A stretch of DNA of 64,000 bases from Lingula anatina (Eukaryota > Animalia > Brachiopoda). The notes below the pieces were generated by a model. That model saw nothing but the letters and a program-made list of their open reading frames with translations, did not search any database and had not been told where the DNA came from. The stretch covers positions 1 through 64,000 of the forward strand of contig JBPQGU010000016.1 in assembly GCA_051362555.1 (NCBI GenBank), given 5' to 3'. Within the stretch, counting starts at the first letter, position 1. The number at the start of each line of letters is the position of its first letter. The position numbers were made by a program, and so were the translations under genes. Below, piece by piece: positions 40,181 through 54,300 of this stretch.

Positions 40181-43100
40181 GGATATGGCGGTTTTCTTCA
40201 ATTTTGGCCAGGTAGGGATGAAAAATTTTTTTCTTTAATATTGTGTCAGGTAGGTGTGTTTGGTCATTTGTAGTGAGGGTAAAGTGCTGGAAGAGTGATT
40301 GTGTCATTATTTAGGAAGAAATAGAGCAAAAACTCTCTCCACCCCCCCTCTCTCCAAATCCTGTTCTCAGGTGTGCTTTCTGGCAATCTTTAAAGCTGAA
40401 ATTGGGGGCTTTAATGAAGTGACCCGGGCGCGTTTCCACATTTTTTATGAATGTCAGGTGTGGTAAATTAATTTTCATCACTTTTTGGAAAAATTGGTGA
40501 CGGGTCATTTTTGGGTGATTTTGAGAGATTTTCGTAAGGTCCGGATATGGCAGTTTTCTTCAATTTTGGCCAGGTAGGGATGAAAAATTTTTTCTTCAAT
40601 ATTGTGTCAGGTAGGTGTGTTTGGTCATTTGTAGTGAGGGTAAAGTGCTGGAAGAGTGATTGTGTCATTATTTAGGAAGAAATAGAGCAAAAACTCTCTC
40701 CACCCCCCCTCTCTCCAAATCCTGTTCTCAGGTGTGCTTTCTGGCAATCTTTAAAGCTGAAATTGGGGGCTTTAATGAAGTGACCCGGGCGCGTTTCTAC
40801 ATTTTTTATGAATGTAATGTAAGGTGTGGTAAATTAATTTTCATCACTTTTTGGAAAAATTGGTGACGGGTCATTTTTGGGTGATTTTGAGAGATTTTCG
40901 TAAGGTCCGGATATGGCAGTTTTCTTCAATTTTGGCCAGGTAGGGATGAAAATTTTTTTCTTCAATATTGTGTCAGGTAGGTGTGTTTGGTCATTTGTAG
41001 TGAGGGTAAAGTGCTGGAAGAGTGATTGTGTCATTATTTAGGAAGAAATAGAGCAAAAACTCTCTCCACCCCCCCTCTCTCCAAATCCTGTTCTCAGGTG
41101 TGCTTTCTGGCAATCTTTAAAGCTGAAATTGGGGGCTTTAATGAAGTGACCCGGGCACGTTTCCACATTTTTTATGAATGTCAGGTGTGGTAAATTAATT
41201 TTCATCACTTTTTGGAAAAATTGGTGACGGGTCATTTTTGGGTGATTTTGAGAGATTTTCGTAAGGTCCGGATATGGCAGTTTTCTTCAATTTTGGCCAG
41301 GTAGGGATGAAAAATTTTTTTCTTCAATATTGTGTCAGGTAGGTGTGTTTGGTCATTTGTAGTGGAGTAAAGTGCTGGAAGAGTGATTGTGTCATTATTT
41401 AGGAAGAAATAGAGCAAAAACTCTCTCCACCCCCCCTCTCTCCAAATCCTGTTCTCAGGTGTGCTTTCTGGCAATCTTTAAAGCTGAAATTGGGGGCTTT
41501 AATGAAGTGACCCGGGCGCGTTTCCACATTTTTTATGAATGTCAGGTGTGGTAAATTAATTTTCATCACTTTTTGGAAAAATTGGTGACGGGTCATTTTT
41601 GGGTGATTTTGAGAGATTTTCGTAAGGTCCGGATATGGCAGTTTTCTTCAATTTGGCCAGGTAGGGATGAAAAATTTTTTCCTTCAATATTGTGTCAGGT
41701 AGGTGTGTTTGGTCATTTGTAGTGAGGGTAAAGTGCTGGAAGAGTGATTGTGTCATTATTTAGGAAGAAATAGAGCAAAAACTCTCTCCACCCCCCCCCC
41801 CTCTCTCCAAATCCTGTTCTCAGGTGTGCTTTCTGGCAATCTTTAAAGCTGAAATTGGGGGCTTTAATGAAGTGACCCGGGCGCGTTTCTACATTTTTTA
41901 TGAATGTAATGTAAGGTGTGGTAAATTAATTTTCATCACTTTTTGGAAAAATTGGTGACGGGTCATTTTTGGGTGATTTTGAGAGATTTTCGTAAGGTCC
42001 GGATATGGCAGTTTTCTTCAATTTTGGCCAGGTAGGGATGAAAATTTTTTTCTTCAATATTGTGTCAGGTAGGTGTGTTTGGTCATTTGTAGTGAGGGTA
42101 AAGTGCTGGAAGAGTGATTGTGTCATTATTTAGGAAGAAATAGAGCAAAAACTCTCTCCACCCCCCCTCTCTCCAAATCCTGTTCTCAGGTGTGCTTTCT
42201 GGCAATCTTTAAAGCTGAAATTGGGGGCTTTAATGAATTGACCCGGGCACGTTTCCACATTTTTTATGAATGTCAGGTGTGGTAAATTAATTTTCATCAC
42301 TTTTTGGAAAAATTGGTGACGGGTCATTTTTGGGTGATTTTGAGAGATTTTCGTAAGGTCCGGATATGGCAGTTTTCTTCAATTTTGGCCAGGTAGGGAT
42401 GAAAAATTTTTTTCTTCAATATTGTGTCAGGTAGGTGTGTTTGGTCATTTGTAGTGGAGTAAAGTGCTGGAAGAGTGATTGTGTCATTATTTAGGAAGAA
42501 ATAGAGCAAAAACTCTCTCCACCCCCCCTCTCTCCAAATCCTGTTCTCAGGTGTGCTTTCTGGCAATCTTTAAAGCTGAAATTGGGGGCTTTAATGAAGT
42601 GACCCGGGCGCGTTTCCACATTTTTTATGAATGTCAGGTGTGGTAAATTAATTTTCATCACTTTTTGGAAAAATTGGTGACGGGTCATTTTTGGGTGATT
42701 TTGAGAGATTTTCGTAAGGTCCGGATATGGCAGTTTTCTTCAATTTGGCCAGGTAGGGATGAAAAATTTTTTCCTTCAATATTGTGTCAGGTAGGTGTGT
42801 TTGGTCATTTGTAGTGAAGGTAAAGTGCTGGAAGAGTGATTGTGTCATTATTTAGGAAGAAATAGAGCAAAAACTCTCTCCACCCCCCCTCTCTCCAAAT
42901 CCTGTTCTCAGGTGTGCTTTCTGGCAATCTTTAAAGCTGAAATTGGGGGCTTTAATGAAGTGACCCGGGCGCGTTTCCACATTTTTTATGAATGTCAGGT
43001 GTGGTAAATTAATTTTCATCACTTTTTGGAAAAATTGGTGACGGGTCATTTTTGGGTGATTTTGAGAGATTTTCGTAAGGTCCGGATATGGCAGTTTTCT

Positions 43101-44085
43101 TCAATTTTGACCAGGTAGGGATGAAAAATTTTTTTCTTCAATATTGTGTCAGGTAGGTGTGTTTGGTCATTTGTAGTGAGGGTAAAGTGCTGGAAGAGTG
43201 ATTGTGTCATTATTTAGGAAGAAATAGAGCAAAAACTCTCTCCACCCCCCCTCTCTCCAAATCCTGTTCTCAGGTGTGCTTTCTGGCAATCTTTAAAGCT
43301 GAAATTGGGGGCTTTAATGAAGTGACCCGGGCGCGTTTCCACATTTTTTATGAATGTCAGGTGTGGTAAATTAATTTTCATCACTTTTTGGAAAAATTGG
43401 TGACGGGTCATTTTTGGGTGATTTTGAGAGATTTTCGTAAGGTCCGGATATGGCAGTTTTCTTCAATTTTGGCCAGGTAGGGATGAAAAATTTTTTTCTT
43501 CAATATTGTGTCAGGTAGGTGTGTTTGGTCATTTGTAGTGAGGGTAAAGTGCTGGAAGAGTGATTGTGTCATTATTTAGGAAGAAATAGAGCAAAAACTC
43601 TCTCCACCCCCCCTCTCTCCAAATCCTGTTCTCAGGTGTGCTTTCTGGCAATCTTTAAAGCTGAAATTGGGGGCTTTAATGAAGTGACCCGGGCGCGTTT
43701 CCACATTTTTTATGAATGTCAGGTGTGGTAAATTAATTTTCATCACTTTTTGGAAAAATTGGTGACGGGTCATTTTTGGGTGATTTTGAGAGATTTTCGT
43801 AAGGTCCGGATATGGCAGTTTTCTTCAATTTTGGCCAGGTAGGGATGAAAAATTTTTTCTTCAATATTGTGTCAGGTAGGTGTGTTTGGTCATTTGTAGT
43901 GAGGGTAAAGTGCTGGAAGAGTGATTGTGTCATTATTTAGGAAGAAATAGAGCAAAAACTCTCTCCACCCCCCCTCTCTCCAAATCCTGTTCTCAGGTGT
44001 GCTTTCTGGCAATCTTTAAAGCTGAAATTGGGGGCTTTAATGAAGTGACCCGGGCGCGTTTCTACATTTTTTATGAATGTAATGT

Positions 44086-47000
44086 AAGGTGTGGTAAATT
44101 AATTTTCATCACTTTTTGGAAAAATTGGTGACGGGTCATTTTTGGGTGATTTTGAGAGATTTTCGTAAGGTCCGGATATGGCAGTTTTCTTCAATTTTGG
44201 CCAGGTAGGGATGAAAATTTTTTTCTTCAATATTGTGTCAGGTAGGTGTGTTTGGTCATTTGTAGTGAGGGTAAAGTGCTGGAAGAGTGATTGTGTCATT
44301 ATTTAGGAAGAAATAGAGCAAAAACTCTCTCCACCCCCCCTCTCTCCAAATCCTGTTCTCAGGTGTGCTTTCTGGCAATCTTTAAAGCTGAAATTGGGGG
44401 CTTTAATGAATTGACCCGGGCACGTTTCCACATTTTTTATGAATGTCAGGTGTGGTAAATTAATTTTCATCACTTTTTGGAAAAATTGGTGACGGGTCAT
44501 TTTTGGGTGATTTTGAGAGATTTTCGTAAGGTCCGGATATGGCAGTTTTCTTCAATTTTGGCCAGGTAGGGATGAAAATTTTTTTTCTTCAATATTGTGT
44601 CAGGTAGGTGTGTTTGGTCATTTGTAGTGGAGTAAAGTGCTGGAAGAGTGATTGTGTCATTATTTAGGAAGAAATAGAGCAAAAACTCTCTCCACCCCCC
44701 CTCTCTCCAAATCCTGTTCTCAGGTGTGCTTTCTGGCAATCTTTAAAGCTGAAATTGGGGGCTTTAATGAAGTGACCCGGGCGCGTTTCCACATTTTTTA
44801 TGAATGTCAGGTGTGGTAAATTAATTTTCATCACTTTTTGGAAAAATTGGTGACGGGTCATTTTTGGGTGATTTTGAGAGATTTTCGTAAGGTCCGGATA
44901 TGGCAGTTTTCTTCAATTTGGCCAGGTAGGGATGAAAAATTTTTTCCTTCAATATTGTGTCAGGTAGGTGTGTTTGGTCATTTGTAGTGAGGGTAAAGTG
45001 CTGGAAGAGTGATTGTGTCATTATTTAGGAAGAAATAGAGCAAAAACTCTCTCCACCCCCCCCCCCTCTCTCCAAATCCTGTTCTCAGGTGTGCTTTCTG
45101 GCAATCTTTAAAGCTGAAATTGGGGGCTTTAATGAAGTGACCCGGGCGCGTTTCCACATTTTTTATGAATGTCAGGTGTGGTAAATTAATTTTCATCACT
45201 TTTTGGAAAAATTGGTGATGGGTCATTTTTGGGTGATTTTGAGAGATTTTCGTAAGGTCCGGATATGGCAGTTTTCTTCAATTTTGGCCAGGTAGGGATG
45301 AAAAAATTTTTTTTCAATATTGTGTCAGGTAGGTGTGTTTGGTCATTTGTAGTGAGGGTAAAGTGCTGGAAGAGTGATTGTGTCATTATTTAGGAAGAAA
45401 TAGAGCAAAAACTCTCTCCACCCCCCCTCTCTCCAAATCCTGTTCTCAGGTGTGCTTTCTGGCAATCTTTAAAGCTGAAATTGGGGGCTTTAATGAAGTG
45501 ACCCGGGCGCGTTTCCACATTTTTTATGAATGTCAGGTGTGGTAAATTAATTTTCATCACTTTTTGGAAAAATTGGTGACGGGTCATTTTTGGGTGATTT
45601 TGAGAGATTTTCGTAAGGTCCTTATATGGCAGTTTTCTTCAATTTTGGCCAGGTAGGGATGAAAATTTTTTTTCTTCAATATTGTGTCAGGTAGGTGTGT
45701 TTGGTCATTTGTAGTGGAGTAAAGTGCTGGAAGAGTGATTGTGTCATTATTTAGGAAGAAATAGAGCAAAAACTCTCTCCACCCCCCCTCTCTCCAAATC
45801 CTGTTCTCAGGTGTGCTTTCTGGCAATCTTTAAAGCTGAAATTGGGGGCTTTAATGAAGTGACCCGGGCGCGTTTCCACATTTTTTATGAATGTCAGGTG
45901 TGGTAAATTAATTTTCATCACTTTTTGGAAAAATTGGTGACGGGTCATTTTTGGGTGATTTTGAGAGATTTTCGTAAGGTCCGGATATGGCAGTTTTCTT
46001 CAATTTGGCCAGGTAGGGATGAAAAATTTTTTTCTTCAATATTGTGTCAGGTAGGTGTGTTTGGTCATTTGTAGTGAGGGTAAAGTGCTGGAAGAGTGAT
46101 TGTGTCATTATTTAGGAAGAAATAGAGCAAAAACTCTCTCCACCCCCCCTCTCTCCAAATCCTGTTCTCAGGTGTGCTTTCTGGCAATCTTTAAAGCTGA
46201 AATTGGGGGCTTTAATGAAGTGACCCGGGCGCGTTTCCACATTTTTTATGAATGTCAGGTGTGGTAAATTAATTTTCATCACTTTTTGGAAAAATTGGTG
46301 ACAGGTCATTTTTGGGTGATTTTGAGAGATTTTCGTAAGGTCCGGATATGGCAGTTTTCTTCAATTTTGGCCAGGTAGGGATGAAAAATTTTTTTCTTCA
46401 ATATTGTGTCAGGTAGGTGTGTTTGGTCATTTGTAGTGTGGGTAAAGTGCTGGAAGAGTGATTTTGTCATTATTTAGGAAGAAATAGAGCAAAAACTCTC
46501 TCCACCCCCTCCCCCCTCTCTCCAAATCCTGTTCTCAGGTGTGCTTTCTGGCAATCTTTAAAGCTGAAATTGGGGGCTTTAATGAAGTGACCCGGGCGCG
46601 TTTCCACATTTTTTATGAATGTCAGGTGTGGTAAATTAATTTTCATCACTTTTTGGAAAAATTGGTGACGGGTCATTTTTGGGTGATTTTGAGAGATTTT
46701 CGTAAGGTCCGGATATGGCAGTTTTCTTCAATTTTGGCCAGGTAGGGATGAAAAATTTTTTCCTTCAATATTGTGTCAGGTAGGTGTGTTTGGTCATTTG
46801 TAGTGAGGGTAAAGTGCTGGAAGAGTGATTGTGTCATTATTTAGGAAGAAATAGAGCAAAAACTCTCTCCACCCCCCCCCCCCCTCTCTCCAAATCCTGT
46901 TCTCAGGTGTGCTTTCTGGCAATCTTTAAAGCTGAAATTGGGGGCTTTAATGAAGTGACCCGGGCGCGTTTCCACATTTTTTATGAATGTCAGGTGTGGT

Positions 47001-50000
47001 AAATTAATTTTCATCACTTTTTGGAAAAATTGGTGATGGGTCATTTTTGGGTGATTTTGAGAGATTTTCGTAAGGTCCGGATATGGCAGTTTTCTTCAAT
47101 TTTGGCCAGGTAGGGATGAAAAAATTTTTTTTCAATATTGTGTCAGGTAGGTGTGTTTGGTCATTTGTAGTGAGGGTAAAGTGTTGGAAGAGTGATTGTG
47201 TCATTATTTAGGAAGAAATAGAGCAAAAACTCTCTCCACCCCCCCCCCCCTCTCTCCAAATCCTGTTCTCAGGTGTGCTTTCTGGCAATCTTTAAAGCTG
47301 AAATTGGGGGCTTTAATGAAGTGACCCGGGCGCGTTTCCACATTTTTTATGAATGTCAGGTGTGGTAAATTAATTTTCATCACTTTTTGGAAAAATTGGT
47401 GACGGGTCATTTTTGGGTGATTTTGAGAGATTTTCGTAAGGTCCGGATATGGCAGTTTTCTTCAATTTTGGCCAGGTAGGGATGAAAAATTTTTTTCTTC
47501 AATATTGTGTCAGGTAGGTGTGTTTGGTCATTTGTAGTGAGGGTAAAGTGCTGGAAGAGTGATTGTGTCATTATTTAGGAAGAAATAGATCAAAAACTCT
47601 CTCCACCCCCCCTCTCTCCAAATCCTGTTCTCAGGTGTGCTTTCTGGCAATCTTTAAAGCTGAAATTGGGGGCTTTAATGAAGTGACCCGGGCGCGTTTC
47701 CACATTTTTTATGAATGTAAGGTGTGGTAAATTAATTTTCATCACTTTTTGGAAAAATTGGTGACGGGTCATTTTTGGGTGATTTTGAGAGATTTTCGTA
47801 AGGTCCGGATATGGCAGTTTTCTTCAATTTTGGCCAGGTAGGGATGAAAATTTTTTTCTTCAATATTGTGTCAGGTAGGTGTGTTTGGTCATTTGTAGTG
47901 AGGGTAAATTGCTGGAAGAGTGATTGTGTCATTATTTAGGAAGAAATAGAGCAAAAACTCTCTCCACCCCCCCTCTCTCCAAATCCTGTTCTCAGGTGTG
48001 CTTTCTGGCAATCTTTAAAGCTGAAATTGGGGGCTTTAATGAATTGACCCGGGCACGTTTCCACATTTTTTATGAATGTCAGGTGTGGTAAATTAATTTT
48101 CATCACTTTTTGGAAAAATTGGTGACGGGTCATTTTTGGGTGATTTTGAGAGATTTTCGTAAGGTCCGGATATGGCAGTTTTCTTCAATTTTGGCCAGGT
48201 AGGGATGAAAAATTTTTTTCTTCAATATTGTGTCAGGTAGGTGTGTTTGGTCATTTGTAGTGGAGTAAAGTGCTGGAAGAGTGATTGTGTCATTATTTAG
48301 GAAGAAATAGAGCAAAAACTCTCTCCACCCCCCCTCTCTCCAAATCCTGTTCTCAGGTGTGCTTTCTGGCAATCTTTAAAGCTGAAATTGGGGGCTTTAA
48401 TGAAGTGACCCGGGCGCGTTTCCACATTTTTTATGAATGTCAGGTGTGGTAAATTAATTTTCATCACTTTTTGGAAAAATTGGTGACGGGTCATTTTTGG
48501 GTGATTTTGAGAGATTTTCGTAAGGTCCGGATATGGCAGTTTTCTTCAATTTGGCCAGGTAGGGATGAAAAATTTTTTCCTTCAATATTGTGTCAGGTAG
48601 GTGTGTTTGGTCATTTGTAGTGAGGGTAAAGTGCTGGAAGAGTGATTGTGTCATTATTTAGGAAGAAATAGAGCAAAAACTCTCTCCACCCCCCCCCCTC
48701 TCTCCAAATCCTGTTCTCAGGTGTGCTTTCTGGCAATCTTTAAAGCTGAAATTGGGGGCTTTAATGAAGTGACCCGGGCGCGTTTCCACATTTTTTATGA
48801 ATGTCAGGTGTGGTAAATTAATTTTCATCACTTTTTGGAAAAATTGGTGATGGGTCATTTTTGGGTGATTTTGAGAGATTTTCGTAAGGTCCGGATATGG
48901 CAGTTTTCTTCAATTTTGGCCAGGTAGGGATGAAAAAATTTTTTTTCAATATTGTGTCAGGTAGGTGTGTTTGGTCATTTGTAGTGAGGGTAAAGTGCTG
49001 GAAGAGTGATTGTGTCATTATTTAGGAAGAAATAGAGCAAAAACTCTCTCCACCCCCCCTCTCTCCAAATCCTGTTCTCAGGTGTGCTTTCTGGCAATCT
49101 TTAAAGCTGAAATTGGGGGCTTTAATGAAGTGACCCGGGCGCGTTTCCACATTTTTTATGAATGTCAGGTGTGGTAAATTAATTTTCATCACTTTTTGGA
49201 AAAATTGGTGACGGGTCATTTTTGGGTGATTTTGAGAGATTTTCGTAAGGTCCGGATATGGCAGTTTTCTTCAATTTTGGCCAGGTAGGGATGAAAATTT
49301 TTTTTCTTCAATATTGTGTCAGGTAGGTGTGTTTGGTCATTTGTAGTGGAGTAAAGTGCTGGAAGAGTGATTGTGTCATTATTTAGGAAGAAATAGAGCA
49401 AAAACTCTCTCCACCCCCCCTCTCTCCAAATCCTGTTCTCAGGTGTGCTTTCTGGCAATCTTTAAAGCTGAAATTGGGGGCTTTAATGAAGTGACCCGGG
49501 CGCGTTTCCACATTTTTTATGAATGTCAGGTGTGGTAAATTAATTTTCATCACTTTTTGGAAAAATTGGTGACGGGTCATTTTTGGGTGATTTTGAGAGA
49601 TTTTCGTAAGGTCCGGATATGGCAGTTTTCTTCAATTTGGCCAGGTAGGGATGAAAAATTTTTTTCTTCAATATTGTGTCAGGTAGGTGTGTTTGGTCAT
49701 TTGTAGTGAGGGTAAAGTGCTGGAAGAGTGATTGTGTCATTATTTAGGAAGAAATAGAGCAAAAACTCTCTCCACCCCCCCTCTCTCCAAATCCTGTTCT
49801 CAGGTGTGCTTTCTGGCAATCTTTAAAGCTGAAATTGGGGGCTTTAATGAAGTGACCCGGGCGCGTTTCCACATTTTTTATGAATGTCAGGTGTGGTAAA
49901 TTAATTTTCATCACTTTTTGGAAAAATTGGTGACAGGTCATTTTTGGTTGATTTTGAGAGATTTTCGTAAGGTCCGGATATGGCAGTTTTCTTCAATTTT

Positions 50001-51350
50001 GGCCAGGTAGGGATGAAAAATTTTTTTCTTCAATATTGTGTCAGGTAGGTGTGTTTGGTCATTTGTAGTGTGGGTAAAGTGCTGGAAGAGTGATTTTGTC
50101 ATTATTTAGGAAGAAATAGAGCAAAAACTCTCTCCACCCCCTCCCCCCTCTCTCCAAATCCTGTTCTCAGGTGTGCTTTCTGGCAATCTTTAAAGCTGAA
50201 ATTGGGGGCTTTAATGAAGTGACCCGGGCGCGTTTCCACATTTTTTATGAATGTCAGGTGTGGTAAATTAATTTTCATCACTTTTTGGAAAAATTGGTGA
50301 CGGGTCATTTTTGGGTGATTTTGAGAGATTTTCGTAAGGTCCGGATATGGCAGTTTTCTTCAATTTTGGCCAGGTAGGGATGAAAAATTTTTTCCTTCAA
50401 TATTGTGTCAGGTAGGTGTGTTTGGTCATTTGTAGTGAGGGTAAAGTGCTGGAAGAGTGATTGTGTCATTATTTAGGAAGAAATAGAGCAAAAACTCTCT
50501 CCACCCCCCCCCCTCTCTCCAAATCCTGTTCTCAGGTGTGCTTTCTGGCAATCTTTAAAGCTGAAATTGGGGGCTTTAATGAAGTGACCCGGGCGCGTTT
50601 CCACATTTTTTATGAATGTCAGGTGTGGTAAATTAATTTTCATCACTTTTTGGAAAAATTGGTGATGGGTCATTTTTGGGTGATTTTGAGAGATTTTCGT
50701 AAGGTCCGGATATGGCAGTTTTCTTCAATTTTGGCCAGGTAGGGATGAAAAAATTTTTTTTCAATATTGTGTCAGGTAGGTGTGTTTGGTCATTTGTAGT
50801 GAGGGTAAAGTGTTGGAAGAGTGATTGTGTCATTATTTAGGAAGAAATAGAGCAAAAACTCTCTCCACCCCCCCCCCTCTCTCCAAATCCTGTTCTCAGG
50901 TGTGCTTTCTGGCAATCTTTAAAGCTGAAATTGGGGGCTTTAATGAAGTGACCCGGGCGCGTTTCCACATTTTTTATGAATGTCAGGTGTGGTAAATTAA
51001 TTTTCATCACTTTTTGGAAAAATTGGTGACGGGTCATTTTTGGGTGATTTTGAGAGATTTTCGTAAGGTCCGGATATGGCAGTTTTCTTCAATTTTGGCC
51101 AGGTAGGGATGAAAAATTTTTTTCTTCAATATTGTGTCAGGTAGGTGTGTTTGGTCATTTGTAGTGAGGGTAAAGTGCTGGAAGAGTGATTGTGTCATTA
51201 TTTAGGAAGAAATAGATCAAAAACTCTCTCCACCCCCCCTCTCTCCAAATCCTGTTCTCAGGTGTGCTTTCTGGCAATCTTTAAAGCTGAAATTGGGGGC
51301 TTTAATGAAGTGACCCGGGCGCGTTTCCACATTTTTTATGAATGTCAGGT
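44086..51350 (+). repeat. Tandem duplication of a 10-monomer block (about 3633 bp; nascent higher-order repeat)
   Basis: An ordered series of variant monomers repeats at an offset of 3627-3633. ORF-track pairs: 44303/47936, 44497/48130, 44821/48454, 45186/48818, 45584/49216, 45908/49540, 46112/49744, 46470/50102, 47590/51217. Confidence 0.9.
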
Positions 51351-54300
51351 GTGGTAAATTAATTTTCATCACTTTTTGGAAAAATTGGTGACGGGTCATT
51401 TTTGGGTGATTTTGAGAGATTTTCGTAAGGTCCGGATATGGCAGTTTTCTTCAATTTTAGCCAGGTAGGGATGAAAAATTTTTTTCTTCAATATTGTGTC
51501 AGGTAGGTGTGTTTGGTCATTTGTAGTGAGGGTAAAGTGCTGGAAGAGTGATTGTGTCATTATTTAGGAAGAAATAGAGCAAAAACTCTCTCCACCCCCC
51601 CTCTCTCCAAATCCTGTTCTCAGGTGTGCTTTCTGGCAATCTTTAAAGCTGAAATTGGGGGCTTTAATGAAGTGACCCGGGCGCGTTTCCACATTTTTTA
51701 TGAATGTCAGGTGTGGTAAATTAATTTTCATCACTTTTTGGAAAAATTGGTGACGGGTCATTTTTGGGTGATTTTGAGAGATTTTTGTAAGGGTCGGATA
51801 TGGCAGTTTTCTTCAATTTTGGCCAGGTAGGGATGAAAAATTTTTTTCTTCAATATTGTGTCAGGTAGGTGTGTTTGGTCATTTGTAGTGAGGGTAAAGT
51901 GCTGGAAGAGTGATTGTGTCATTATTTAGGAAGAAATAGAGCAAAAACTCTCTCCACCCCCTCTCTCTCCAAATCCTGTTCTCAGGTGTGCTTTCTGGCA
52001 ATCTTTAAAGCTGAAATTGGGGGCTTTAATGAAGTGACCCGGGCGCGTTTCCACATTTTTTATGGATGTCAGGTGTGGTAAATTAATTTTCATCACTTTT
52101 TGGAAAAATTGGTGACGGGTCATTTTTGGGTGATTTTGAGAGATTTTCGTAAGGTCCGGATATGGCAGTTTTCTTCAATTTTGGCCAGGTAGGGATAAAA
52201 AATTTTTTTTTTCAATATTGTGTCAGGTAGGTGTGTTTGGTCATTTGTAGTGAGGGTAAAGTGCTGGAAGAGTGATTGTGTCATTATTTAGGAAGAAATA
52301 GAGCAAAAACTCTCTCCACCCCCCCTCTCTCCAAATCCTGTTCTCAGGTGTGCTTTCTGGCAATCTTTAAAGCTGAAATTGGGGGCTTTAATGAAGTGAC
52401 CCGGGCGCGTTTCCACATTTTTTATGAATGTCAGGTGTGGTAAATTAATTTTCATCACTTTTTGGAAAAATTGGTGACGGGTCATTTTTGGGTGATTTTG
52501 AGAGATTTTCGTAAGGTCCGGATATGGCAGTTTTCTTCAATTTTTCCCAGGTAGGGATGAAAAATTTTTTTCTTCAATATTGTGTCAGGTAGGTGTGTTT
52601 GGTCATTTGTAGTGAGGGTAAAGTGCTGGAAGAGTGATTGTGTCATTATTTAGGAAGAAATAGAGCAAAAACTCTCTCCACCCCCCCTCTCTCCAAATCC
52701 TGTTCTCAGGTGTGCTTTCTGGCAATCTTTAAAGCTGAAATTGGGGGCTTTAATGAAGTGACCCGGGCGCGTTTCCACATTTTTTATGAATGTCAGGTGT
52801 GGTAAATTAATTTTCATCACTTTTTGGAAAAATTGGTGACGGGTCATTTTTGGGTGATTTTGAGAGATTTTCGTAAGGTCCGGATATGGCAGTTTTCTTC
52901 AATTTTGGCCAGGTAGGGATGAAAAATTTTTTTCTTCAATATTGTGTCAGGTAGGTGTGTTTGGTCATTTGTAGTGAGGGTAAAGTGCTGGAAGAGTGAT
53001 TGTGTCATTATTTAGGAAGAAATAGAGCAAAAACTCTCTCCACCCCCCCTCTCTCCAAATCCTGTTCTCAGGTGTGCTTTCTGGCAATCTTTAAAGCTGA
53101 AATTGGGGGCTTTAATGAAGTGACCCGGGCGCGTTTCCACATTTTTTATGAATGTCAGGTGTGGTAAATTAATTTTCATCACTTTTTGGAAAAATTGGTG
53201 ACGGGTCATTTTTGGGTGATTTTGAGAGATTTTCGTAAGGTCCGGATATGGCAGTTTTCTTCAATTTTGGCCAGGTAGGGATGAAAATTTTTTTTCTTCA
53301 ATATTGTGTCAGGTAGGTGTGTTTGGTCATTTGTAGTGGAGTAAAGTGCTGGAAGAGTGATTGTGTCATTATTTAGGAAGAAATAGAGCAAAAACTCTCT
53401 CCATCCCCCTCTCTCCAAATCCTGTTCTCAGGTGTGCTTTCTGGCAATCTTTAAAGCTGAAATTGGGGGCTTTAATGAAGTGACCCGGGCGCGTTTCCAC
53501 ATTTTTTATGAATGTCAGGTGTGGTAAATTAATTTTCATCACTTTTTGGAAAAATTGGTGACGGGTCATTATTGGGTGATTTTGAGAGATTTTCGTAAGG
53601 TCCGGATATGGCAGTTTTCTTCAATTTGGCCAGGTAGGGATGAAAAATTTTTTTCTTCAATATTGTGTCAGGTAGGTGTGTTTGGTCATTTGTAGTGAGG
53701 GTAAAGTGCTGGAAGAGTGATTGTGTCATTATTTAGGAAGAAATAGAGCAAAAACTCTCTCCACCCCCCCCCCTCTCTCCAAAGCCTGTTCTCAGGTGTG
53801 CTTTCTGGCAATCTTTAAAGCTGAAATTGGGGGCTTTAATGAAGTGACCCGGGCGCGTTTCCACATTTTTTATGAATGTCAGGTGTGGTAAATTAATTTT
53901 CATCACTTTTTGGAAAAATTGGTGATGGGTCATTTTTGGGTGATTTTGAGAGATTTTCGTAAGGTCCGGATATGGCAGTTTTCTTCAATTTTGGCCAGGT
54001 AGGGATGAAAAAAATTTTTTTCAATATTGTGTCAGGTAGGTGTGTTTGGTCATTTGTAGTGAGGGTAAAGTGTTGGAAGAGTGATTGTGTCATTATTTAG
54101 GAAGAAATAGAGCAAAAACTCTCTCCACCCCCCCCCCCTCTCTCCAAATCCTGTTCTCAGGTGTGCTTTCTGGCAATCTTTAAAGCTGAAATTGGGGGCT
54201 TTAATGAAGTGACCCGGGCGCGTTTCCACATTTTTTATGAATGTCAGGTGTGGTAAATTAATTTTCATCACTTTTTGGAAAAATTGGTGACGGGTCATTT

